Shown piece by piece: positions 12,110 through 24,308 of a stretch of DNA of 64,000 bases. Made by a program: the position numbers and the translations under genes. The stretch is from Octopus sinensis. Its lineage: Eukaryota. The notes under the pieces are model-generated. The model saw nothing but the letters and a program-made list of their open reading frames with translations. It was not told the DNA's origin and ran no database searches. Every line of letters starts with the position of its first letter. The stretch's first letter is position 1. The stretch lies in contig NC_043001.1 of assembly GCF_006345805.1 (NCBI RefSeq), positions 46,066,001 to 46,130,000 on the forward strand, written 5' to 3'.

Positions 12110-13132
12110 GGGATCCTTGGGGTTATCGTCATTGCATGTCGAAATCTTTAAGAAAAATTTTTAATGTATCATATAGATGTAATTTTTGTTACTCGTTTAT
12201 TCCAGAAAAATTTTGCAAAAATGTTACAGGTGTTCAAAGTTTGATAATTTTCAGATGTTTCAGTCAGTCAGAAAACAGCGCGTTCGCTGCCTCCTACATC
12301 ATCTGTCACAGTAGCGAGAGCGGGGTAGGTGGGGTTGCACCGGCATGCCAAAACATTAAACTAGCTACAGTAAACAGTGAAAAACATTAAAAGATTCGCG
12401 AGCAAATTAAATATTTAAAAGCTACGAGCAAACAAACTGGAGTTGCTAGAAATAACTGTGAAAACATTAAAATATACACGAGCAAAGTAAATAGGGAAAA
12501 CAGTAAAAAGTATTAAAATATTTGCGAGCAAATTAAATATTTAAAGTTACGAGCAAACCAACAAGAGTTGCAAGAAATAACAGTCATGACATATTACTTA
12601 AAACAGACATTTATTAGTTAAAAAAACTCAAGAACGAAAATTTGCAATCTACTATAGAATTTTATAAAATATATTGTCTTCCTCATATCTCTTTCTCCAC
12701 GTAAATTCACAAAGATAAGAGTCAACCATGGAACGGTGTGTCCCACACCGGCGTTTGTTTTCACGCTTTAAAGATGCCCAGGTATTCTCAATTTGTTGAT
12801 TACACTCAATTTGGTGGTTACACTCCTTGTACGCATGCGCAGCATCTTTGGTTACTATAGAAACAGAGTTCTTCGCAATCAGCTATAAAACACGTGGTGC
12901 TTTTTGTTTAATATGATAACAGAACTTTACGGTGGCGTGTAAAAATACTTGCTTCTGATTGGCTAAACTACCCAAAGTTTGCAAATTTAAAAAGCTAATA
13001 ACTTTTTAATTATGAATTTATAGGAAAAATGAATTTCATTTTTAAAAGTAGTATATAAAACTTAATCGACATACCAAATTTGAAAACAATTGGAACAAAA
13101 TCGTAGACAGTTACGATAACCACCAAGATCCC
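12110..13132. mobile_element. ~1-kb non-autonomous DNA transposon, copy 1, inserted into a SINE B
   Basis: Imperfect TIRs GGGATCCTTGGGGTTATCGTCATTG / CAGTTACGATAACCACCAAGATCCC. SINE B sequence stops at about 12105 and resumes at about 13133. Second copy at 56467-57343. Confidence 0.7.
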
Positions 13133-13224
13133 AGTTGGGCACTGAAGTTCGATGTCATTGATTTACCTCCCTCCCCCAAAATTTTTTGCCTTGTGCCAAA
13201 ATTTGAAACCAATATATATATCTA

Positions 13225-13760
13225 GTGGTAACAGCCTGTTCTTGTATGAGAAATCTTGTTAGATTTTGTTACCCGTTCAGACAATATTTCTTCATCCATG
13301 CGAGAGTTATTTAAAAAAAATTATGACATCTTTTTATGATTGTTCATCTTGGGTATTTTATGTGTCATCAGCATATCTATTTTCTTTGCTGTTTCAGTTT
13401 TAGGATTTAGTGTTTGAAGTTTTATCTAGTATCTTTTGAGAATTGTATAGCTTTCTTGTGCGTTAGAAAAGTAATGGACAACATTGATAACAGCCATCTT
13501 AAACTACTCTCCTGATCACAATACTTCCCTATTACTGTATGATATTCAAACGTATAGTCGTTGGATATAAAACTTATGTAATAATTTCAGTGTTACAGTC
13601 TATAGAATCTAGGTCGAGTATGTTCCAGTATAATACTACAGAGCCATATGTTCTGGCTGGCACCATAAATGTGTTCTTGGCACAGATGGTGTTTATTTTT
13701 TAATATTGCTGTTTAGATAAGTTTAAAACATTCATTAAACTCTCAAAATATTCACTTTAC
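13225..13760 (-). mobile_element. R4/Dong-clade RT C-terminal fragment (heavily decayed)
   Basis: INT(F)MVPARTYGSVVLYWNILDLDSIDCNTEIIT...RLNI...LSHG resembles AINT.A.P.L.YS.G...W...L..LD..TRK..T...RLY.PR...MHG. Confidence 0.5.
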
Positions 13761-13847
13761 ATTTACATTTGCTCATATTTCATCAACGGTTTTCATATTG
13801 ACAATAATCTTAATTCACTTACCAATCTTTTTTTTTTTCAATGTACG

Positions 13848-14220
13848 TAGGCGTAGGAATGGCTGTGAGGTAAGTAGCTTGCTTACGTGGCACCTTGGGC
13901 AAGTGTCTTCTACTATAGCCTCGGCAGACCAAAGCCTTGTGAGTGGATTTGGTAGACGGAAACTGAAAGAAGCCCGTTGTATATATGTATATGTATATAT
14001 GTGTGTGTGTGTGTTTGTCCCCCTAACATCGCTTGACAACAGATGCTGGTGTGTTTACGTCCCCATAATTTAGCCGTTCGGCAAAAGAGACCGATAGAAT
14101 AAGTACTAGGCTCACAAAGAATAAGTCCTGGGTTCGATTTGCCCGACTAAAGGCGGTGCTCCAGCATGGCCACAGTCACATGACTAAAACAAGTAAAAGA
14201 GTAAAAGAGTAAAAGAGAGT
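13848..14220 (+). mobile_element. SINE family A
   Basis: Head AGGCGTAGGAATGGCTGTG through the (GTAAAAGA)n tail; 5' half carries a deletion. Confidence 0.9.
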
Positions 14221-15299
14221 ACCGGGCCATAAATTTAGTAGACTAAATTTATGTCAGGTCGTTATTTTATTGACTTCGGGAGATTGAAATGCAAGGATGG
14301 TTCAAAATTTAGAGGAACGGAAATATGTATGTAAGGTTTTTGGATGTGGAACTTCATAGTTTTTACTAATCTGCCTTTTGCTATTTGCTTATATTATTAT
14401 TACTGTTGTTAAGGCAGCCGTGGTCGTGGTGTGCGCAGACTAGAGATTTTCAACTAGTAAAAGACCAACGTGATTAAAATTCAAGCCAGACGTTCGATCA
14501 GGACACTGGCGTGGCTGAGTTGCATTAGTCCGGGCACGTCACCCGACCGGATGTTGATGATAATGATGATGATGTAATGGGAGCGAGCTAGCAGATTCGT
14601 TAGCATCTCGACATTTCTTCCGGCTCTTTATGGTCTAAGATCAAATTACGCCGAGATCAACTTTTGGAGTCAATAAAATAAGTACCAGTTGAGCACAGGG
14701 GTCGGTGTAATCAATTTGATCCAGCTTCTCAAAATTGCTGGCATTGTGCCAAAATTAAATTAGAAAGAATCCTTATTATTCTTGCTGTTATTAAGGAGAC
14801 GAGTTGACTTAGCAACGATGAACAACCGCAAACTAAATTAATATATTATACTGTTTCGTTTCGTACCACTACATTCATGGGAAAAAAATTATAGAAATTA
14901 TCTATAATAATAAATGCCAAAACGAATTTGTGTGTGTCAATGTGTCAAACTTTGACCCCCCCTCTCTCACTATTCTATGACACTTCCACTATTCCTCGTG
15001 ATGGGGTGAGAGTAAACGAAGACATAGAGACGGTAGTAGATTTACGGTTGTGATGGTAATGGGGTGATAGTAATAGTATGAGCTGCAGTTGTGATAGAAA
15101 CGGAGGTGATGGTGCTGGTGCTCAGTCAGGGATAACGGTGATAGTAAGCGATGTGAAAGGCAGTGGTGATGGTGGTGGAGGGAAAGGCGGCGAAGTCAAA
15201 GTTATTGATGGTGGTGGCGTCAGAAGTTTGAATGGTGTGTATGGCAGTTGTGGTGGCGATGGTGGTGGTACTGATGATAGTTGAAAACAATCAACAGAA

Positions 15300-15349
<50 letters not shown>

Positions 15350-15680
15350 TTGACAGAAAAAATTGTACTGACCCCTGAATGGGAAAACAAAAATTATATC
15401 ATTGTTTTGATGAAAATTGTTCATTGCTTGAAAAATTTTGGTCAAGTTTAATAAAATTTAATATGTACTCAATGCATGAAGTGTCATTATTGGGCCCAAG
15501 GCCCAATGAAGAGCCCTCCACAGGAGCTAGCTTAAAAGCCGCCCGATAGTTATAAATAATCGGCTGAGGTTGATCCACTCAATATAATCTCTTCTCTCTT
15601 CTGCTGTTTAAAAAAGGATGCTTTTGTGTCAACACCAGTTGCAAGCTGGTGGGGGTCAAGCACAAGCATAAAGACGCGCG

Positions 15681-15781
<101 letters not shown>

Positions 15782-16067
15782 ATGCACTGAACTTTGGGAG
15801 GTTGTTCATAGTAATTTCAGTCTTCAGACAGTAAGTAGTGATCGCTCCATGCCTACAGGAGAATTTGAACGGTAAAAAGACTGCCGTTGCTTCTGCTACA
15901 TAAAGTAGCTCCTACCATGTCGTGGATAGAGTTATATATTCTGGCTACTGACACGTCATCATCCGTGATTCTATTGTTGTTTAATTTCAGACCAACCCTA
16001 ATCCATTAGACTTTTTTCACATGGGTAGTCACTGGAATGATTCAGTGTAATCCACAGTTGTATTATT

Positions 16068-16436
16068 TTATCTTTTATTTTTTACTTGTTTCTGTCATTA
16101 GACTGCGGTCATGGTGGGGCATCGCCTTGAAAAATTTCTAGTCGAATAAATCGACCCCAGTATATAGTATTTTTATCTGTCTCTTATGCTGAACCGCTAA
16201 GTTACGGGGACGTAAACACATCAACACCAGTCGTCAAGCGGTGATGGGGACAGACACAAAGACACACACACGACGGGCTTCTTTCAGTTTCCGTCTACGA
16301 AATCCACTCACAAGGTTTTGGTCGGCCTGAGGCTATCACAGAAGTCACTTGCCCAAGGTGTCGCAGAGTGGGATTGAACCCGGAACCATTTGGTTGGGAA
16401 GTAAGCTTCTTACCACTCACCCACGTCTGCGCCTAT
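16068..16436 (-). mobile_element. SINE family A
   Basis: Reverse complement collinear with the other family A copies. Confidence 0.85.
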
Positions 16437-16819
16437 TTGTTTAATTTCATACCTTGGTCTCATAGCGAACTATAATGCCTTATATTGTGCGGTGCAATGT
16501 AGCAGTCTCGGCATGTTCCATCGACGTTGATTGAATAAAACTAAGATCACAAGCATTCCAGCCGTAACCGTCCCATTTCTTTAGGAGAAAGATCGCATTT
16601 TTAATGTGTGTTCTTAAAATTTTTGAGCTAATTAGTGAAATATTTGGCTATTATTTCTCCGAAGTCAAGTGACCACGTAGACGCTCCCTTATTGGTTCTA
16701 ATGATGACTACACCAGATGCAGGTAAGGTGTAATCAGTCAGAGCGCGATATTTATTGCTCTGTATTTAGCACCGGAGTTGCATATTCCTATCGCTATTGT
16801 TATCAGAAAGAGCTATTAA

Positions 16820-17395
16820 GGCTGCGAGCTGGCAGAATCGCTAGTACGCCAGACGAAATGCTTAGCGGTATTTCGTCTGCCGCTACGTTCTGAGTTCAAA
16901 TTCCGCCGAGGTCGACTTGGCCTTTCATCCTTTCGGGGTCGATTAAATAAGTACCAGTTACGCACTGGGGTCGATATAATCGACTTAATCCGTTTGTTTG
17001 TCCTTTTTTGTCCTCTCTCTGTGTTTAGCCCCTTGTGGGTAGTAAAGAAATAGGTATTTTGTTTGTCTTTACGTTCTGAGTTCAAATTCCGCCGAGGTCG
17101 ACTTTGCCTTTCATCCTTTCGGGGTCAATAAATTAAGTACAAGTTGCATAATGGGGCCGATCTAATTGACTGGCCTCCTTCCCCAAAATTTCGGGCCTTG
17201 TACCTAGATTAGAAAAGAATCGTTAGTACGCCGGGCAAAATGCTTAGCGGAATTTCCCGCTGAAGTCGACTTTGCTTTTCATCCACTTGGAGTTGATAAA
17301 ATAAGTACCAATTAAGCAGTAGGGTCGATGTAATCGACTAGCTTCCTCTCCACCAATATTTCAGGCCTTGTGGTTATAATAGAAAGGATTATTAT
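16820..17395 (+). mobile_element. SINE family B composite (old head + young unit + two older units)
   Basis: A box TGGCAGAATCG and B box GAGTTCAAATTCC; junctions at 16867 and 17053. Confidence 0.85.
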
Positions 17396-17731
17396 TTATG
17401 AGTAGGCGTTGTCGGTTCTCATTTGAGCCGACCTTAAGTAGAAAGGTAAAAAAAAAACAAAAAAAAAAAACGGATCTCTACATGCTTACAGATTTTAGGT
17501 TCGAATCCTCTGCAGGATTTCGTTTTGTACTTCTGGACTGAGTATTTTATTTTATATAACAATAGTTGACCCAGCTGGTACTGGGTTACAGAGGAATGCG
17601 ACTTGTGAAAGACTGGCGTCCTAACCATAGGTGGCAGATATATCCCTTATATACTTAACACTATGAAATAGGAAATAAATAATGAACCTAACAAGTTTAG
17701 GGGATATTTACATTTTATATATTATTGAATA

Positions 17732-18214
17732 CAGTGATCCCTCGCTATTTCGCGGTTCAACTATCGCGGATTTTAAATATATATATATATAGGAACACCT
17801 AAATTTTTTCATTAAATCCATTATAATATTAATAATAGAAATTATTTCCTGGTCTAGGAACAACAAAACAAGCGTAAAATAGAAAAAAAGCATATACAGG
17901 GGTATTTGAACTTAAGACGGGCTGTGATTAGTGCAATGGAGAGAGACGACGAATCACAGCTTTCTGTTTTGTAATCTGGCCTGTGTAACAGTAACAATCT
18001 TTATTTTTTAAAATCTAAAGTGTTATTGCTTAACAGTTGTCCTTGTTATTAATAGACTACTGTAATGGGTGGGTTGTTAACAGTATAGGGAGGGTTTTAA
18101 AAGTCCAAATACTCGTGAAATAAATACTGTAAATATGGTGTCCCTACTTCGCGGAAATTCAGTTATCGCGGCCGGTCTCAGAACCAATCTACCGCGATAA
18201 TCGAGGGATCACTG
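17732..18214. mobile_element. Tigger/pogo-type MITE, copy 1
   Basis: TIRs CAGTGATCCCTCG / CGAGGGATCACTG flanked by TA on both sides; second copy at 30431-30931. Confidence 0.85.
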
Positions 18215-18611
18215 TATACAGACTGAGTTAAATTTAAAGCTTAAGCCTAAGCTTAATTAATGATGCTTATTTTAACGGCGAATTTTATCTCAACAGGATT
18301 TTAAATCTGAATTCAGAGGAAGGAAACTAGATGCAATGGAACGCTTCATTTCTTGTTCATAAACCTTAACTACCGGGGAAAACTATCACACAACAGGTTA
18401 ACAATACAATATTGTATATGCTTTGATTAAATTTCACCAGAATGGCACTTTGCCTTCTAAAAATTTAACTTAGGTTCCAGCTGTTTAGCCATTCTGAATT
18501 TATAGATTATATACCATGAAATTCGTGGCATTACGTCAATGTTTAAAAAAATCACCAAAAAGCCTTTATTATTTTATTATATTTATTATAATTTATAATT
18601 ATTTTAAAACA

Positions 18612-18825
18612 GTGAGCTGGCAGAATCGTTAGCACGCCGGGCAAAATGCTTAGTGGCATTTCGTCCATCCTTACATTCTGAGTTCAAATTCCGCCGAATT
18701 TAAACTTTGCCTTTCAACCTTTCGGGGTTGATGAAATAAGTACCAGTTACGCACTGAGGTCGATGAAATCGACTAGCCCTCTCCTCTAAAGTCCAAGGCC
18801 TTGTGCCTAGAGTAGAAAGAAAAAG
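18612..18825 (+). mobile_element. SINE family B monomer (tail type 2)
   Basis: GAGCTGGCAGAATCGTTAG head, GAGTTCAAATTCC B box, GGCCTTGTGCCTAGAGTAGAAAG tail. Confidence 0.85.
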
Positions 18826-19724
18826 CTTATTTATTATTATTTTCTTTTACATCTTTATATTTTTTTACATGTTTATTGGTTTCAGTCATTCGACTGTGGT
18901 CACAACTAACGGAACGCCGTCTTTAAGGGTAGAGTTAATGTTTTAAACGGCTTATTCAAAGTCTCTGATACTGGTTGGGAAATGGATAAAGAAACCAGAA
19001 ATTCTGACTGTGCATTAAGAAGCAGCACGTTTATCCTCAGACTGGAGACCTTGCTCAAATACTTGCATCAGATTAAACTCTGCTAAAAAAAAACCCAAAA
19101 AAACTCAGGAACCAGTTCAAATGATGATGATGAACCAGGCGGCAAATTAGATCTGTATCGTTGCCACTATTATTATAGGAACAGCAGGTTCTAAAGCAAA
19201 ACGGCAATGGGCGGAGTTTGAAGTCAGAAAGTAAAGAGATGTAACCAAATGCACAAGGTATTTTGTTCGACGCACAGCTGATTCTAATATTTTACCTTTC
19301 GATCCACGTGAAGCAGGAAACAAAAAAATACATAAGTGAATATATATATATATATATAAATTCGGTGTGTGTTGCGTTCCATTACTTGATAAATGAAAAA
19401 AAATGTATAGACAAATGATGTAATGTATACTGAATGTAAAAACGAACGGGCGACAAACAGAAGGTCCATAATTCTTCAGGAGTTATTGACCAATCGGTAC
19501 TGTTCAATTTCGCACATTTATATCATATATACGTATATATATATGCACACACACACATACACACACACACACACACACAATTGGTCAATGTTTAAAGTCT
19601 GGTTATTTTTGGTACAGAGAAGAATTCTTTCAATGGAATGACGTGGCCACACGTTCATAATAGCTATTCTGATGCTTGGAAATACAACTGACACGATGTC
19701 ATAGAAACTGCTTGCTGCCACGCA

Positions 19725-19805
19725 CTATACGGTCATTACATCATTTTCGAATTTTGTTAGAATTCTGGAACTTTCTTCCATCAGGACAGTTTCTTCTGCC
19801 GTTCC
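19725..19805 (-). CDS. Probable last coding exon of the WD40 gene
   Basis: Strong acceptor ttcttattcttttactttcattttag|; phase 0; GTAEETVLMEESSRILTKFENDVMTV* (TAG at 19725-19727). An internal GAT|gtaatg donor could make it an internal exon instead. Confidence 0.55.
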   Translation of the reverse strand, partial: GTAEETVLMEESSRILTKFENDVMTV

Positions 19806-20300
19806 CTAAAATGAAAGTAAAAGAATAAGAACGATATTAATACAGGTTATAATTTTGATGGAATGTTGGTAGTGACTAGTTTGTCGATTAATTCAAACGA
19901 AGAATTTGGCTGACATGTTACTGAACCCAAAATGATGGAAGTTAATTCTGGCCGAATTGGATCAAACAACGGAAGCGGCTGTAGCTACATACCTCAAAGA
20001 ATTTTGTGCAGCACTCTACAGATTTTTGCCATCCAGGGCCAGTTGTAAGGGAGGTGGGTGTAGTACTTATTTTGTAGATGCCAGAAGAAAATAAAGTCGA
20101 CTGGACGGGGTTTGAATCTAAAAGTTAACGGGATGTTATTAAAACAATCGCAAGGCATGATATTGTTCAGGTGATGAAATGCAAAACAGAGCGTCGGCCA
20201 CATCCTTTGGTAATGATTTCAGCTCATTGCGTTCTCAGTTCAAATCCCGCATTGATCAACTTTTCCCTTGATAAACACAGTACCAGTCTATTCTTATCTA

Positions 20301-20693
20301 TATGGTGTGGCTGTTGATAAGAAGTTTGCTTCCCAACCACATGGTTCCGGGTTCAATCCCACTTCGTTGCATTTGAGTGAGTGTCTTTTACTATAGGCGC
20401 AGGCCGACCAAAGCTTTGTAAGTAGATTTGCTAGACGGAAACTGAAAGAAGCCCGTTGTGTAGAAATGTGTGTCTGTGTTTGTTCCCCACCACTGCTTCA
20501 CAACTGGTGTTGGTGTGTTTACATCCCCGTAACCTAGGGGTTCAGCAAAAGAGGCTGACAGAATAAGTATCAGGCTATAAAAAATAAGTGCTACGGTCGA
20601 TTCATTCAACTAAAGAAAATTCTCCAAGGCGGTGATCCTCCAGCGTGGCTGCAGTCTAATGAATGAAACAAGTAAAAGATAAAAGATAAAAGA
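20301..20693 (+). mobile_element. SINE family A, diverged
   Basis: Collinear with family A, ending in AAGTAAAAGATAAAAGATAAAAGAG. Confidence 0.8.
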
Positions 20694-20739
20694 GCAGAGA
20701 AGGGAAGAGATTATATAGTCTATATAGAGAGATTATATA

Positions 20740-21233
20740 CCGTAAATCCTCGAGTATAATCCGCATTTTCTACCCAAAATTTAAAAGTCAAAGTCCATAG
20801 TGCGTATCATACACGAGATTAAAAATGAAAATTACTTTCTAAGCAATGTCCGGGTCTCTATTTGCTGTCCGGCAATGTTTATTCAGACGTATTTTGTGAT
20901 GTCGGGCGCGAAAATACTTTAAGCTAAGGCTGTAAGCAATGAAGTCATAAAAGAATCATCCATAACTTGCAGTAAGCAACATTTATTAAACGTTATTACT
21001 GTTATTTCTTTATTTATTTTCTGCAAACAAAATGCGCAAAAATGCTACACCTTTGCATTATTTTATATACATACAATAATAATAAAGTACGTTACCGTAT
21101 ACAGTTTTACAAACCAAGGACGTTATATAGACCCCCTTGACTCAAGTTAGAGAAGGGGTTTTTCAGAGGTACAGCCCCCTAAAAATCCCCTGCGTATTAT
21201 ACTAAAGGGCGGACTATACTCGAGGATTTGCGG
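20740..21233. mobile_element. Tc1/mariner-superfamily (Tc2/pogo-like) MITE
   Basis: TIRs CCGTAAATCCTCGAGTATAATCCGC / GCGGACTATACTCGAGGATTTGCGG with TA flanks. Confidence 0.8.
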
Positions 21234-21806
21234 TATATATCTATCTTCCTCCCTCCCATAGAATCGGTTGCATTATACTGTAAGATGGTCGTGGGGAACT
21301 ATTCAGTGTCCTTTGTCTCCAAGAAATAGAGAATGCTTGAATGTAGGGTTAGCATGCTAGAAGAAACCCTTCACAGAAACGAAAGATAGCGAGTGCAGCC
21401 AGACCAAGGTGGACTTTGGCACAGAACGGTTAAAATAAACGACGTTATGCCAAAATAAAAATAAACGACGTTATCCGACACATTTTCATTTATGCCAAAG
21501 GACCATCCTTACATTAAAAATTGTTTCCAACATAGGCCAAGGATTCGTGGAGAGAGCAATATTGACCTTAGTAGTTGGTTGGTCCTTTATTTTATCAACC
21601 TTGGAATGATGAAAGACATCAGCGGATCGTCAGAAGTTGGAACAAAATAACGCAAGGAATTTTTTCGACGCTCTCACAATTCTGGCAATCCACCTATACC
21701 AGTTGAGTACTGGGGTCGATGTAATCGAGTTACCCTCTCCCCCAAAATTTCAGACCTTGTGCCTTTAGTAGAAAGGATTATTATTATTATCATTATTATT
21801 ATTATT

Positions 21807-22357
21807 GAGAGAGCCGTGCATGCCATCAAAGTAACTCTGGGGTAAAGTATACAAAACCCAGTATACCCATCATGGCTACCCGTCCGATAAGGGTTCACCA
21901 GGCACATGCATCGTAACCCTATGTGCGCGACATGCTGTTCTCGTATCAAAATAAACAGCGCATGACCTTGCAGGTAGAGCGCAGTTAGAATTTTCTTCAG
22001 GTCCCTGAATAAGGATTGTTTAAGGATGTTGAACAAAACACCCATGTTTCCAGAGGTGAATTACTTAAATCCTAAAGAATTCCTCTCAACACATGGCTAT
22101 GATGCTCCCCCACTACTTTTACTCGTGATCAGACTTGCATATATTGTCAGCCACAAAGGGACATACTCAACTGGTTACGGTCAAACAACTGACAAGCAAA
22201 TCTGTGGTATTGAGCAGAATATTTGCTGTAGCCCATATTTTATACCAAGGCAAAATATGTTCATGATAACACATCCAATCAGTTGAGATTAGAAGCCATG
22301 AGAGCCAGTGCCCGATACTGCATCAGGCAATGAGACGCAGTGCCTGGTACTGCATCA
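21807..22357 (-). mobile_element. Unclassified ~520-bp retroposon-like repeat, copy 2, (AAT)n tail
   Basis: Collinear with 5346-5859. On the minus strand it ends CTCTC followed by (AAT)n; the 5' ~30 nt are tandemly duplicated. Confidence 0.7.
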
Positions 22358-22409
22358 CCACCACCACACCACCACCACACCACCACCACCACCATCATCA
22401 TCATCATTA

Positions 22410-22625
22410 TTAAGGTGGCGAGTTGACAGAATCGTTCGCACTCCAGACAAACTGCTTCGCGGTATTTGGTCCATCTTTATGTTATGAGTTCAAGTTCTGC
22501 CAAAGTTCGACTTTGCCTTTCATCCTTTCGGAGTCGATAAAGTAAGTACCAGCTGAGTACTATGGTCGCTGTAATCGATTTAACCCTTCTTCCGGACTTA
22601 TTGACTTTGTGCCGAAATTTGAAAC
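22410..22625 (+). mobile_element. SINE family B, diverged
   Basis: GGTGGCGAGTTGACAGAATCG head to TTGTGCCGAAATTTGAAACC tail; lies about 80 bp from the 22707 exon. Confidence 0.8.
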
Positions 22626-22706
22626 CACTGTGATGATGATGATGATGATGAGGAGGAGGAGGAGGAGGAGAAAAAGAAGAAGAAGGTTTAAATTTTGGGA
22701 ACTTAC

Positions 22707-22843
22707 AGGCATTGACAACACTTGGAAAGGTGTGCAGATTTTGCCGAATCGAGCCATTTGTTTAGTATTGATGTCACCATATTGTTGTCTTCGGTCACAA
22801 CGATCTTGTCTCCTTCTTTGAAGATCGCACAGGACCTTAGCTC
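22707..22843 (-). CDS. Internal exon of the same WD40 gene (conserved C-terminal motif)
   Basis: gccatttttag| ... CCT|gtaagt; 137 nt, phase 1-0. Translates to (G)AKVLCDLQRRRQDRCDRRQQYGDINTKQMARFGKICTPFQVLSMP. The G.KV..DL.RR...R..RR and C[ST]PFQ.L pattern recalls the C-terminus of WDR49/WDY-like proteins. Confidence 0.8.
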
Positions 22844-23086
22844 CTAAAAATGGCTTAAATCAAAAGATATACGGAAATATTAAATATAGAACCAACAAAT
22901 TAAGATAGACAAAACAACATAACTCTAAGAATCATATGTTTAGCCTCGCTGTAAAATTAGATGCATGCCTCTGTCTCTCTCCCTCCCTCCCTCTCTTCTT
23001 TTACTCACACACACACACAACACTGAAGGTCTCCAACTCTCATCGATTATTGGTCAGAGGGTCAAACGCAATTTCGCGCCTTAGCG

Positions 23087-23156
<70 letters not shown>

Positions 23157-23479
23157 TACGGAGATGTACTTGCATAGCGAGTGACTTGATCTGAGATCGT
23201 GTGCTCGAACGAAAACAACTTCAACGTGGAAGGTGTTTATGAGCCATTTAAGAAACACATAAAACCGTTAGATTCACTTCAACATTTAAATTTAATTTGT
23301 CATTTAAATTTAAATTTAAATGTTGAAGTGAATTTAACGGTTTTGTGTGTTTCTTAAATGGCTGATAAACACCTTCCACGCTGCAATTGTATATATACAT
23401 ACATACATACATACATACATACATACATACATACATACATACATACAGCTAAATTTGTATTGCATTACAAATGCGACCA

Positions 23480-24095
23480 GGTCTGTTGTGGCCATGCTGG
23501 GGCACTGCCAGTGTTATCACTTTTTCAATGGCCATTCTTATGTGATTGGCTTTTAGAGAAAAAGGGACTTTGATATTGCTGCCCTCTTTCGAGTTTCTTG
23601 CCGTGCTGTTGGTTCATCTGGAACCTTGGATAACGGGACGTAAAGTTGTTTCTTGAAGGCATCTAGCTCTACTCCATGTAGATCTCTCAGATGTTTTGGC
23701 AAGGTATTAAACAGCAGTGGGCCCTTGAATCTTAAACTATTGTAATATATGGTTATCACGCTAGACGGGATAGCTGTGACCTTTGGAACAGTGGAGTGAC
23801 ATCTAGTTCAGAGATGCCAAAGTTTGAAGCCAGCCCCTCCAGGATCTTCCATACGCATATCACTGCATATCTCTCTCCCGTCTTCGCTCCAGCAAGGAGA
23901 GTCGTAGCTCTTTCAGTCTCTCCCAGTAGCTCAGCTGTTTCATTGATGCAATCTTCCTGGTGTAGCGTTGCTGAACTGCCTCAAGTTCCGCTAATAATTT
24001 GATACTGTAGAGTGATCGCAGTTGAGAGCAGTAGTCCAGACTGCTGATGACAAATGTCCTCCATAGAACCAGTTTCCTGGTCCTTTTCCTGGTCC
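23480..24095 (-). mobile_element. CR1-clade LINE 3' fragment
   Basis: LVLWRTFVISSLDYCSQL..YSIKLLAELEAVQQRYTRKIASMKQLSYWERLKELRLSLLERRRER ... NSLRFKGPLLFNTLPKHLRDL..FKKQL..VPDEP is the canonical CR1 RT C-terminus. Confidence 0.85.
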
Positions 24096-24276
24096 TTTTC
24101 TGTGTATGAGCATGCAAGTGGCTTTTGAATCCCGAGAGCTGTTTGAAACTTGTATTACAAATAGTGCAAATATGTCTCACTTAAGTGGCAGTATTGTTTG
24201 TTCTTTCTGAGTCAAAGATATTTACATGTCCTTTTACAGCAAACGTACACACACACACACACACACAGACACAGAC

Positions 24277-24308
<32 letters not shown>

